Part shown: positions 8,158-17,441 of the stretch, one piece after another | Numbering within the stretch: position 1 is the first letter of the stretch | Layout: every line of letters begins with the position of its first letter | Assembly: GCA_031370005.1 (NCBI GenBank) | Contig: JANMPT010000033.1 | Location: 1 to 23,678 of the forward strand | Direction: 5' to 3' | Length of the DNA: 23,678 nt | Source: Bdellovibrionales bacterium | Lineage (GTDB): Bacteria > Bdellovibrionota > Bdellovibrionia > Bdellovibrionales > Bdellovibrionaceae | Position numbers and translations under genes: made by a program | Notes under the pieces: generated by a model | Seen by the model: only the letters and a program-made list of their open reading frames with translations | Databases searched by the model: none | Told to the model about the DNA's origin: nothing

Positions 8158-8802
8158 ATGCCGAAGTTTCTGAGCTTCTTATTCGTTCTTATTGCTTTCG
8201 GCCTTCAAGCCTGCGCGCCTAAGCCTCAGGATGATTGCGGATTTGTGCAGAATGTATATGGCGAGCGAATTTCCTGGAAGGGTGAGATTCCAATAACAAT
8301 GTATTTGCATGAGTCCGTTCCTCAGGAATACGTAGGTGCTATTGAGGCGGCAGCTGCCACATGGCGAGATGCGACAGGGAAATCCCTTATAAATGTTATT
8401 ACAAATCAAAGAGTGAGTGGGCCGATTAATCCTCAAAAGGATGGTCGAAATATCATATACTTTTTCAATGCTTGGGAGCCCGATAAAAAATCTGAGCAGG
8501 CGCGTACTTCAATTTATTGGATTGGAGATCAGATTAAAGAAGCTGACATGCGAATTAACGCTGCGAAGGACGCCAATGGAACTTCTTACTTTAATTATTA
8601 TTGGAATCAGCCTGGCAATGCATCAATGGCCACCGCTAATGCGGTGAATATTGAGGCACTTGTAATTCATGAAATGGGTCATGTGCTAGGTTTAAAGCAC
8701 AAGGATATAAATAACAGCGTTATGGCCACGTATTTGGCCAATAATACGGATCGTGTGAATATTCCAGAGACCGATCGATCCGCTTTACAGTGTGAGTATT
8801 AG
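8158..8802 (+). CDS. Matrixin/M10-like zinc metalloprotease, lipoprotein
   Basis: Lipobox LQAC; HEMGHVLGLKH zinc motif; SVM Met-turn; AGGAG SD. Confidence 0.92.
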   Translation: MPKFLSFLFVLIAFGLQACAPKPQDDCGFVQNVYGERISWKGEIPITMYLHESVPQEYVGAIEAAAATWRDATGKSLINVITNQRVSGPINPQKDGRNIIYFFNAWEPDKKSEQARTSIYWIGDQIKEADMRINAAKDANGTSYFNYYWNQPGNASMATANAVNIEALVIHEMGHVLGLKHKDINNSVMATYLANNTDRVNIPETDRSALQCEY

Positions 8803-8906
8803 CTCTAGTTGAGTTGTAAATAATTTATGTAAGATTTTTTATGTTGTGAAGACTTGGATATTATCACTAGACTTGATGATTGTGCGTTAACGAAAAAGGA
8901 GTGCTA

Positions 8907-9143
8907 ATGAGACTGAATGGGAAAACTGCGGAAAGTCTTAATATTGCCGATGTCCTAGAGTCCGAACTGACGGGTACTGGTTCTATGGCAGAACATCGTT
9001 CCTATCACGAGATGGAGGACTCTCCGATTCTCGAGGTTAATGCTTTAACTCAATTGAAAACTAATCTGCAAGTTCTGACAGACCTTACCTCTCGTTTGTC
9101 TTTTCTAAGCCGTGAAATTCGCTACATGATGAGAGTGGATTAA
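8907..9143 (+). CDS. Small hypothetical protein with a coiled-coil-like C-terminus
   Basis: ATG 8907 after AAGGAG; heptad-like LTQLKTNLQVLTDLTSRLSFL. Confidence 0.7.
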   Translation: MRLNGKTAESLNIADVLESELTGTGSMAEHRSYHEMEDSPILEVNALTQLKTNLQVLTDLTSRLSFLSREIRYMMRVD

Positions 9144-9165
9144 TATCTATGTCGTTGTTTATGGA

Positions 9166-10461
9166 TCAGACTTTTTTGCTGAGTTTGCGTATCCCATCAA
9201 AGCTGTTTAACTTCGGCACCCAAAAGGTGACATAATCGCCGTTGCGTTCACGGGTCATTCCTTCAGTAATTACTGGTTTATCAAAGTTAAATTCTTCACG
9301 AAAACTTTGGTAGTTATTGGTTGAAAGCTTACGCCCTTCTTCTTCAATTTCATCATTGAATGCGCGTTTTCCAGAAATAGATGCTGTGTCATCCTTAATG
9401 ACAACTTTGACATTGTCCTTTTCATGAGCCGGGACATAAGCTTCAATAATATAGAAATCCGGATTTTCAAGCAGGCGGTTGCCACGATCTTGAAGTTTAT
9501 AGAACGGATCGTCTTCTTTGCCGGCATATCGTTCGCTCTCTTTAAAAAATTTCTTTTTGAGCTCAACTTGTTCTTTGAGGAGATTATTATTTTGAATTTT
9601 TAAGGATTCCTTATTGGCAGCTGCATTTTTTGTATAGACAGAGCCAAAGCGTTGATGCTGATCTTTTAACTGTAACTCATATGCTTTTTTACTGTGATCA
9701 ATGCGGTTTTGGTATTGGCTGTTCATGCCTTTTTCGCGTGAGTCCCATTGTTCTTGCTGTTTATGAAAGCGTTTGTCGTAATCATTGTCCAGACGCTCAT
9801 ATTGCTTTTCTTGCCCTTCACGACGATCGGTAATGGCTTTTTGTCCGTGACTGTTTACTTTGTCGTAGTCTTTTTTCAAATTTTCTTGAAGCTTGGTTTG
9901 CTCCGTGCGACCTCTTTCGACCTCATGATCCATGGTTTTTTGATTATCTGCTTTGACATTAGCTATGCGTTTTTCAGTGAATTGCTGGGTGTGATCGAGC
10001 TCATTTTTGAAACGCTCTTTCACGGACTGAATTTCTTTTAATGAATCTTCGCGAATTTTACCAACTTTATTTTGTTGCGACTCTTGAATTTCGTTGAGTT
10101 TGGCATGGGTATTTTCTCGAGCGTCATCGAGTTGTTCGTGCCGTTTTAACTGTGTTTCGTTAATTTTTTTACGATAGCCGGTTTCAATGTTGTTGAGTTG
10201 GGCTTCACTGCGTTCAGTAATTTTCTTGCGAGATTCAGTAAGAGACTCAACACTTTCATTTTGTTTGTGACGAATGTGATTTATGGCGGCTTCTCCCTGA
10301 TCGCGGGTTTGCTCTTTGCGATCATTGTAGAAATCCTTAAGATCGCTCAACTCTTCTTCTTGCTGATGCGAATATTTTTTCTTTTTCTGCGTGTACTCGG
10401 ATTGGAGGTCACTTAGGTCATTTTGCTGAGTGCGGCGGACATTTGAAGATTCTACTGACAT
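9166..10461 (-). CDS. Long coiled-coil protein with a C-terminal Hsp20/alpha-crystallin domain
   Basis: About 310 aa rich in Q/E/K/R, then ENPDFYIIEAYVP..KDNVKV..ASISGKR..YQSFREEFNF..VTFWVPK; AAGGAG SD. Confidence 0.8.
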   Translation of the reverse strand: MSVESSNVRRTQQNDLSDLQSEYTQKKKKYSHQQEEELSDLKDFYNDRKEQTRDQGEAAINHIRHKQNESVESLTESRKKITERSEAQLNNIETGYRKKINETQLKRHEQLDDARENTHAKLNEIQESQQNKVGKIREDSLKEIQSVKERFKNELDHTQQFTEKRIANVKADNQKTMDHEVERGRTEQTKLQENLKKDYDKVNSHGQKAITDRREGQEKQYERLDNDYDKRFHKQQEQWDSREKGMNSQYQNRIDHSKKAYELQLKDQHQRFGSVYTKNAAANKESLKIQNNNLLKEQVELKKKFFKESERYAGKEDDPFYKLQDRGNRLLENPDFYIIEAYVPAHEKDNVKVVIKDDTASISGKRAFNDEIEEEGRKLSTNNYQSFREEFNFDKPVITEGMTRERNGDYVTFWVPKLNSFDGIRKLSKKV

Positions 10462-10524
10462 GATCGCATCTCCTTCCTGGAAAAGCGGGTACGCCCATAG
10501 AATACCAAATTTTGTTAAAACCCC

Positions 10525-10827
10525 CTAAGGATTCGAGCTAGGGGCTGGATCAGGGGCGGGGTTTGGCGGTATCTTTTTTGGATTTGGGCAAGGTGGCTGC
10601 TCTCCGCCAGTGCGACCGTAGCAGCGCCAGGTGTCGGTGTATTGTACGACTTCGTCTTTTTGTACGGAATAATAGTAAGGGTATTGGATAGGATCAAGAG
10701 TGCTGTCTACTAGGCGATAGTCTTGGGTTTGCTTGTTGGTGATTTTGAGCGTAAACATGCGGTACTCAGCGTGAGCCCTCAAGCTGAGCCCGCAGATCAT
10801 TAAAATAAAACCACCCAAGATCTTCAT
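10525..10827 (-). CDS. Small secreted hypothetical protein with Pro-rich tail
   Basis: Signal peptide ending in AHA; WRCYGRTG...PPCP. Confidence 0.75.
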   Translation of the reverse strand: MKILGGFILMICGLSLRAHAEYRMFTLKITNKQTQDYRLVDSTLDPIQYPYYYSVQKDEVVQYTDTWRCYGRTGGEQPPCPNPKKIPPNPAPDPAPSSNP

Positions 10828-10834
10828 GACCTAC

Positions 10835-10861
10835 TTGTCGGCACTTCCATCGATTTTTTTA
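10835..10861 (-). promoter_or_regulatory. sigma28 (FliA) promoter
   Basis: TAAA-N15-GCCGACAA versus consensus TAAA-N15-GCCGATAA, 7 nt before ATG 10827. Confidence 0.7.
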
Positions 10862-12016
10862 ATGAGTCGTAAAAGTGAGTTCATCACTAATGCTATTGCC
10901 AAGGTCCAGTGAAATACTCACGGCTTGGGCTTTATATGTAGTATTTGGCTTTAAGCCGCTCACATGCACCTCATGAGTGGTTCGTAGCATATTATCAGCC
11001 GCAGTTAAAATTTCTTCCCCAGTGGATTGGTTGATCAAGCGCACTTGAGTTGAAGCTGCAATGTCTGTGCTCCAGGCAAAGTAGGCATCAGTCAGGGCGA
11101 TTTCTACGGTGCGGAAGCCTGATATGATGGGCTTGGTTCCTTGAGTGCAAGGGTTATAAGTATTATTCAGCCAGAAATTTTCTGCTGCGACGGGTTTCCA
11201 GCCGCGAGCTAAAAGATCCTTGTATGGCGTCAAAGGAACAGAAGCTTGATCGGGATTAAAGAAGTAATTATTGCCAGTTGCTCCACATGAGGAGTCTTTT
11301 CCTGCGGTGCTGGATTTTCTCCACATTAAGACGTTTGCGATATGTGTGCGCGGTCCTTGATAGTAGATCTCTTCAATCGGGATTTGCGTTCTGCGGGTCA
11401 TATGAATTACTTCACTGGCACAGCCCATACGGGTCGGGTGGTCGCCATCACTATTGATGATTTCGCGCCAAGAATCTGTTGCTGGGTCTTTGATTTTCAA
11501 ACGTGAACCATCGTCTGACAAAAGCGCGAGTTCATAATCTCCTTCATCATCGGCTTCGCCCAATTGCAGTGTAGATTCAAACTTTATCCCGAAATATTCA
11601 AAAAGCTTAGCGCCCGTATCGTCGACTAAAACGCCTGTGGTTTGAGTCGAAAAGCCCTCGGTGAAGATCCGAGTTGGAACGTTCATCTCTGTGAAAAAGA
11701 TTGTTTTGTCTGATTTTTTAGTGAAGTTGATATAGTCTTCAGCTCTATACATCCGAGGCATCGTCGATGTGCGGTAGAATAAAGTTCCCTGCACTCCCTG
11801 TGACATTACCTGGGTGTTGTTTCCATTAAATGGATCACATACTGTTTTATTCATGGGATGAAGATTAAGGTCAACTTTCGACATCATTAAGCCTTCAGAA
11901 CTAGCTGTGGCCTGAATATTTTCAGGGCTTTGAAATGATCCCGTACAGCCTGTTAGCACTTGAGCGAAAGCTAGACTTGTAAGAATTAAGGCTATGGAAA
12001 GAGAAAATCGCTTCAT
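10859..12016 (-). CDS. Lipoprotein with a PA14 domain and C-terminal FN3-like domain
   Basis: Lipobox LTGC; PA14 motif GDYELALLSDDGSRL...DGDH; FN3-like HEVHVSGLKPNTTY...FTT. Confidence 0.82.
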   Translation of the reverse strand: MKRFSLSIALILTSLAFAQVLTGCTGSFQSPENIQATASSEGLMMSKVDLNLHPMNKTVCDPFNGNNTQVMSQGVQGTLFYRTSTMPRMYRAEDYINFTKKSDKTIFFTEMNVPTRIFTEGFSTQTTGVLVDDTGAKLFEYFGIKFESTLQLGEADDEGDYELALLSDDGSRLKIKDPATDSWREIINSDGDHPTRMGCASEVIHMTRRTQIPIEEIYYQGPRTHIANVLMWRKSSTAGKDSSCGATGNNYFFNPDQASVPLTPYKDLLARGWKPVAAENFWLNNTYNPCTQGTKPIISGFRTVEIALTDAYFAWSTDIAASTQVRLINQSTGEEILTAADNMLRTTHEVHVSGLKPNTTYKAQAVSISLDLGNSISDELTFTTH

Positions 12017-12178
12017 AGGGTTCTCCTGTTGGCTACAAAATCAGTTTAGCCAAAGGCAGATATATTACATTAAGTATGCGGAATTATTTCAAAATAGGAC
12101 TATATAACTTCGACACTTCAAGAGGACTTCTCAAAATATCACAGAAAGTTTTTGAAACTGTTGATGTCTTAATCAGAA

Positions 12179-12463
12179 CTAATGCGCGAGATCTTGATTT
12201 GCTCTGGCCGTATTCTCAACGATGTGAAAATAGGCCCGAACAACCATCTCGAAAGCTTCTTGTTCCAGAGACTTTAGATAAGCCACCTTGTCGATATAGG
12301 TGCGCTTCGCAATGAGCTCAGTCATGACATCTTGGACTTTTTTCATTTTATTGAAGTCGTAAAAATCTTTATCATCTTTGACCTGACTGAGAACGTTAGC
12401 AATGGATTTATTGTCGAAGAGGACATGTACACCCTTTGCCGAATGTGAAAGTAGAGCTTCCAT
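12179..12463 (-). CDS. Hypothetical protein, start uncertain
   Basis: The C-terminal part of ORF 12179..12679 is protein-like from MEALLSHSAKG; the longest start overlaps the divergent gene. Confidence 0.65.
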   Translation of the reverse strand: MEALLSHSAKGVHVLFDNKSIANVLSQVKDDKDFYDFNKMKKVQDVMTELIAKRTYIDKVAYLKSLEQEAFEMVVRAYFHIVENTARANQDLAH

Positions 12464-12654
12464 GCTCTCAAGACTTTTTTCTTCGATAATTGACAAAGCT
12501 CGCCTCCTTGCGTCCGTCTTAAGCAAATGGTGAAGAAAAAACTTTTGCCTTGCAAGACAAAAAGCACTAAACATGACGGCCTCTGTCATAGAGGTTTTTT
12601 TAAACCTTGTTGTAGGGGGAGAGAATCTCGATACTAAGATCTGGGTGAGGCAAT

Positions 12655-13533
12655 ATGGCAAAAGTGAAAACAACTGCAAAAAATAGAACTAAATCCCGTG
12701 CGACCAAAAGGAAGATTAAGGAAAAAGAGTTTATTGCTATTGATGAGGAGCAGGGTTTAATTTTTGAAAATGAGGCAGATCTATTTGGCTATTTTGAGGA
12801 AAATATCAATGCTCTCGAAGATGAATATCAATCAGTTCGTTCTGAAGAGGACTTTTCAGACGAGCAGCAGTTGGAATTAGAAAGTTACCTTGAAAGCACT
12901 TTGGATGGTCCGGACGAGATTTGGCAAGATGACCAGTCATTTAAGGACCTGGTTATTCACCATTTGATCCGATCTTTCGAAGTTGGGGATCAGATTTTCC
13001 ATTATATCGCAGTGGCCTATATGATGACCGGTGAGTCTTATCCAAGTTTTGTTTTTATTCATTTTCCGACAAAGGACCTGAGCGTACTTCAGAACTATCA
13101 ACGTGGTGAGCTTGTTTATGACAAGAAGTATGAGTACATCCAAGCTGGCACAATCGAAGGCGATGCGCTTAGTGAGGGCGATCCGCTCTCCATGGGGCTC
13201 TACATTGCAATGATGAAGGTGCGTGGAGATAAAGACATCAATCAGGAAAACTTCCGAGATTTTTCAAATCTTCGAGAGGATACTATTGAAAATGCGGATG
13301 AAATCTGGCGCAAGAACGATTTGGATGGAAATGTACTAGTGACGTTTATTAAAGAGTATCCAGATCATGAGACCAAAGACCTTAGTTATGTCGTGGTAAC
13401 TCAAGAGGACGCAAATAGCAATGTACACTCTTTGCTATTTTCATTTCCCACGAATGACTCTACTCTGGTTGATCGCTATAGACAGGGCGAGAATCTTCAA
13501 GCCGAAGAGGTCGTTCAAGAAAGCTCCCACTAA
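12655..13533 (+). CDS. Acidic protein with two tandem PBECR-like (BECR nuclease fold) repeats
   Basis: Repeated motifs TLDGPDEIW/TIENADEIW and FPTKD...YQRGE/FPTND...YRQGE. Confidence 0.7.
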   Translation: MAKVKTTAKNRTKSRATKRKIKEKEFIAIDEEQGLIFENEADLFGYFEENINALEDEYQSVRSEEDFSDEQQLELESYLESTLDGPDEIWQDDQSFKDLVIHHLIRSFEVGDQIFHYIAVAYMMTGESYPSFVFIHFPTKDLSVLQNYQRGELVYDKKYEYIQAGTIEGDALSEGDPLSMGLYIAMMKVRGDKDINQENFRDFSNLREDTIENADEIWRKNDLDGNVLVTFIKEYPDHETKDLSYVVVTQEDANSNVHSLLFSFPTNDSTLVDRYRQGENLQAEEVVQESSH

Positions 13534-14261
13534 AAACAGTAGCTGCTACCCATTGATTGATATTGAGCAGCTGTCCAGGTCTGACCGATCATACCTGCAA
13601 ATGGATGCAGAGCTTGAAGGGTACTGGCCCGGGCGGCGCCGCCCTCAGTAGCATAGTCTATTGGACTTGCGGAAAAGGCTGGCATCAAAATATCCATATT
13701 TACCGTATTTGTATTGCTTGAGTTGTACATTGCAATTTTAAGTACATCGAAGTTCGCTTGTGGGTCGCGTGTATCAACAACAAGGCGGACGTTTTGGAAG
13801 AACGTATTCACATCCGTGATGCCAGAGCTTGCGGCAATGTTAGAGACCTGCCCCCAGTAAATCACACTTGAGAAGTTTGTTAATACAGTGCCATCCAAGG
13901 TTTCAAATCGTGCTTGAATTGGGGTTGGGTCCATATAAACTTGGTTTGAGGTATTGGCTTGCCAGCGGAAGAACTGAATGTAATCCCCAGTACCAAAGCT
14001 TACAGGCATTTGAGTGAATTTAACTTTCATATAGTCATTACGGATTTGATTTGCAGAGTCCGTATAAACCATCACCTTCGCAGTGATACCGTCCTGTGAC
14101 TTTTGATTGCAATACAACAATGCTGAGTTGCTAGCTGTTGTAGTTACTGGCGAGCGACTCGCGAAGCTTGAGCTTGTATCTGTTTTTTGGGCGCCGCAGG
14201 CCGTGAGCATAGCTGAAGTAATAAGTAGAAGAGTTGCTTTGAGTGTTATTTGCGCTTTCAT
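13530..14261 (-). CDS. Hypothetical lipoprotein
   Basis: Start ATG 14261 after AGGGGG; lipobox LTAC; Ser/Thr linker. Confidence 0.8.
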   Translation of the reverse strand: MKAQITLKATLLLITSAMLTACGAQKTDTSSSFASRSPVTTTASNSALLYCNQKSQDGITAKVMVYTDSANQIRNDYMKVKFTQMPVSFGTGDYIQFFRWQANTSNQVYMDPTPIQARFETLDGTVLTNFSSVIYWGQVSNIAASSGITDVNTFFQNVRLVVDTRDPQANFDVLKIAMYNSSNTNTVNMDILMPAFSASPIDYATEGGAARASTLQALHPFAGMIGQTWTAAQYQSMGSSYCF

Positions 14262-14302
14262 GAAATCCCCCTGGTTAAAAAAACATTGATACAAGATATG
14301 AG

Positions 14303-14318
14303 AGCAATGAAGATGCCA
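14303..14318 (-). promoter_or_regulatory. sigma54 promoter
   Basis: TGGCAT-CTTCA-TTGCT, a near-perfect match to TGGCAC-N5-TTGCW. Confidence 0.7.
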
Positions 14319-14471
14319 GTGGATCGGAATGAAACAGGGGGTTTGGTTTGCAATTTCAGTATCTTAGGCACTCTTGGTATGCTTCTTTTTGAGACGTCTT
14401 ATGCTGAGGCGCTTTCCCATGACAATGTGACATTTTTTGGGTGTCGGTTTTGGTTTTCCATTCTAAACAAA

Positions 14472-15374
14472 TTATTTTACAATCAAGGAAATAGCTTCGC
14501 GATATTGTACATATTTTTTTGTTATCAACCAACGTTTAAGCTTTTGAATCGGTCCCCTATTTCCAAAAGGCAAATAACCTTTCCTAAGTTTCATTAAAAA
14601 TGAATCAAATTGAATATAGTGTGGAGCCGCAAGTGGTTTTTTGCGATTTAATAAGATTGAGACTAATTCGGTAGCAACCAAGCCAGATCCTAGATTGCAA
14701 GAGCTCGCAATTGAGCTGCCAATTCCCTTGGAAAGTTTTTCTGGATCAAACTCCATATAGTTTGTGTGAAGGGCTGCGGGAGCAACACCCACGGCAAAAG
14801 CCACTAGCTTATCAAAAGCATGCATTCCTGGATGCAAATCAAAATAATCTTCAAAGCTCATCGCTTGGGGCAGGAATACATGAAGAGTTGTAGAAAATCC
14901 TAAGGGCGCGGCGAAAACGACGGTTTTTGAGTGCCGCCGAGCATGTTTATAAAGGTTTTGTCGCGCGGATAAACAAAAAAAATCTATAGCATCAATTACG
15001 ATATCTGCATTTTGCAAAAAAAGATCTGCATTGTGTTCCTGGAATCCATCTGGAAAAAGAGAAATTTCAACATCTGGAGCAATTTCCTTTGCCATTTGCG
15101 CCATTACTTCGAGTTTGGATTTTCCAACTGTTTTTGAGTTTGCTCCCACTTGACGATTAGAGTTCACAGCATCGAAAGTGTCCATGTCAGCAATATTGAA
15201 CTTTCCAATACCCATTCTAACTAATGTTAAAAAATCAATTCCGCCCATTCCTCCTAAGCCTGCAATAGCAACTCTGGATTGCTTTAACTTGTTTTGCTCG
15301 AAATCCGTTATGATCCCTATATTTCTTGAAACAGCTTTAGAATAATAATCAACCTCTTGTTTGTGCTCTGTCAT
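14472..15374 (-). CDS. ThiF/E1-like adenylyltransferase
   Basis: SRNIG, VAIAGLGGMGG, IADMDTFDAVNSNRQ and IDAID motifs; no CxxC pairs. Confidence 0.9.
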   Translation of the reverse strand: MTEHKQEVDYYSKAVSRNIGIITDFEQNKLKQSRVAIAGLGGMGGIDFLTLVRMGIGKFNIADMDTFDAVNSNRQVGANSKTVGKSKLEVMAQMAKEIAPDVEISLFPDGFQEHNADLFLQNADIVIDAIDFFCLSARQNLYKHARRHSKTVVFAAPLGFSTTLHVFLPQAMSFEDYFDLHPGMHAFDKLVAFAVGVAPAALHTNYMEFDPEKLSKGIGSSIASSCNLGSGLVATELVSILLNRKKPLAAPHYIQFDSFLMKLRKGYLPFGNRGPIQKLKRWLITKKYVQYREAISLIVK

Positions 15375-15461
15375 AATTAAAATCCTTACTGCTTGTTCTG
15401 ATTAAGAATTAAGATAAAATTAAGTATTCAGTATTTGGTAAGTTACTGTCAATAAGAAGGC

Positions 15462-16220
15462 CTAGTTGGAAAGCTCGAACCATAGATTGCCCCAGTCCTC
15501 TGTTTTAAGTAGGACCACATGATGTCTTTTTAACCTTTGTACAACTTCCAAATGAGGATGCCCATATTTTGCAAACCTTGCAGAGGCTATGGCTGTTTTA
15601 AGGTGAGGCAACTGTAAGAGAAGCTCTTCTGAGGTGCTGGTGCGACTTCCGTGATGACCTAATAAAAGAAACTTGGCCTTTTGCATATTTTCATTATGGC
15701 TCCAAATTTTTTCTTGTTGCGCAGTAGAGTCACCCGGAATCAAAAAATTTTCAGACACCAAAAGGACGTGACTAAGGTCATTAGTTTTTCTTGATAAATC
15801 TGCGGCAGTAAAACGGGTGAGTTCCTTTAAGGGGAAGTCCTCCATTTGGTTGGCAGAACAGGCGCTGTAGGTTTTTAGGATTTGCATTTTACGAGATGAG
15901 GAAACACCAAGAGGTGGCAGTCGCAGGCAAGTATTTTTTAAAATAAACTTTGCTTTTAAGGCAAAGCTGAGGTGATCCCAATCCCAGTGGCTAAGATAGA
16001 TGCGGTTGATTTTGTTTTCACAAAGTTTTTTAACCAGTTTGAGAGGATTCTTTTCCCCACCCATATCGAAGTGATCGCAAGTGTTTTTAGTCACAAGGCT
16101 GCTCCATTGGCCTTGGCCGACATTCCAAACAATCCAAAAGGACTTTAATATAGTATCTTCTCTTAAAGGTGTGGCAGATAGTAAAACCATTAGAGTCAGA
16201 ACAAGAGGATACTTAGGCAT
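15462..16220 (-). CDS. ComEC-type metallo-beta-lactamase domain as a stand-alone gene
   Basis: NVGQG, SHWDWDH, GD, GHHGS and YGHPH motifs; ATG 16220 overlaps the upstream stop. Confidence 0.88.
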   Translation of the reverse strand: MPKYPLVLTLMVLLSATPLREDTILKSFWIVWNVGQGQWSSLVTKNTCDHFDMGGEKNPLKLVKKLCENKINRIYLSHWDWDHLSFALKAKFILKNTCLRLPPLGVSSSRKMQILKTYSACSANQMEDFPLKELTRFTAADLSRKTNDLSHVLLVSENFLIPGDSTAQQEKIWSHNENMQKAKFLLLGHHGSRTSTSEELLLQLPHLKTAIASARFAKYGHPHLEVVQRLKRHHVVLLKTEDWGNLWFELSN

Positions 16221-17127
16221 CTTGGGCCTTTTGTCTTTTTTTAAACACAAGGTAAAAGTAAGAGCAGATCAGAAGTGCTAAAAACAGTAACCACTGTAAG
16301 TAAATATTCAATGGTGAGGCTTCTCCTGGGTTCCCCAAGACTTCGGAGCTCCGCAGAAGTAGCCAAGTTAAGCCATTCATCGCGTAATCAAAAAGAAAGA
16401 CAAGGCCGGGAATTATGACCACTAAAAGTGAAAGTGGAAAAAGCAGGCCGCCAATAAGTGGGCCAAGAGTGAGATTTAGTAAAATACTTAAAGGGTGCAG
16501 ATTGGAAAAACCCCACAGGCAAAATCCCATGGTAAAATATAAAACACTTTGAGTCAAAAATAGCGCTGGCATACTGTTAGATTCTTTACTCCAAAAATCT
16601 GATATCACTACAATCACCAGTGCAGCCAAGAGACTCATTAAAAGAGATCTTGAAGTAATCCACTGCGGAAAAATGGCAATGCTCACGGCAGCGCTTAAAA
16701 AAACCAGAACTGTAGGCGGAATAAAAAGTTTTTTACTAACTGAAATTTTCGCAAGAATGATAAATAACAAAGAGCGCAAGGAAGGCGGCTGACAGAGTGT
16801 GACGAGTGCATACAAACAAAGCGGCAAGAGTGGACATAAGCGCAATACAGGAATGCGTGCTAAAATTTTTTGCAGAAAAATAAAGTGAGAGCCTGACACG
16901 ATAAAAATATGAATAAGGGATGTTTGTACCAAGAGTTGTTTAATCTCCAGGTCTTGCATATTTTTTCCGCAGACCAAAGCTTCTAAACTGCCAAGATTTT
17001 CTATTGTGTTTGGAAGTGATCGTAAACAGATGTGATGAAGAGCGAGAGAATATTCTGTCAATTTAATAGGCAAACCAAAGTAATAGCTAAAGCTGAAAAT
17101 AGTGGCAAGGAGGGCAATTAAAATCAT
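16213..17127 (-). CDS. comEC: ComEC/Rec2 competence membrane domain
   Basis: Polytopic membrane protein with LIHIFIVSGSH (canonical H...SG.H) and PPSLRS. Confidence 0.85.
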   Translation of the reverse strand: MILIALLATIFSFSYYFGLPIKLTEYSLALHHICLRSLPNTIENLGSLEALVCGKNMQDLEIKQLLVQTSLIHIFIVSGSHFIFLQKILARIPVLRLCPLLPLCLYALVTLCQPPSLRSLLFIILAKISVSKKLFIPPTVLVFLSAAVSIAIFPQWITSRSLLMSLLAALVIVVISDFWSKESNSMPALFLTQSVLYFTMGFCLWGFSNLHPLSILLNLTLGPLIGGLLFPLSLLVVIIPGLVFLFDYAMNGLTWLLLRSSEVLGNPGEASPLNIYLQWLLFLALLICSYFYLVFKKRQKAQDA

Positions 17128-17441
17128 ACTTTCAAGGAGTTAACAAAAAATAGGCCGCAGTCTAGACCTAAAATAATCTGTTATTAGAACGCGAAGCGGC
17201 CAAGAGTCGGAATTTAAGATCTGTTATTCGGAGTTCCATTTTTAGTCAAGACATCGTCACAACTTACATAAATTCAATAAGTTAAGTCATGGTCAAAACT
17301 TCAGCAAAACGCTCAAAGTCTTATCTAGCTTATAGTCCAAGGTCCAGGACGAGGATAACTCAACAAAAGATGTGGAAAACTCTTTATTGTCGAAGATTCT
17401 CTTGCCGTGTCATACTCTGATTTAAATCGAGGTGGTGACAG

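Noticed and set aside
8899..8907. CIRCE right half-site GAGTGCTAA
   Set aside because: No left arm; explained by the SD plus spacer
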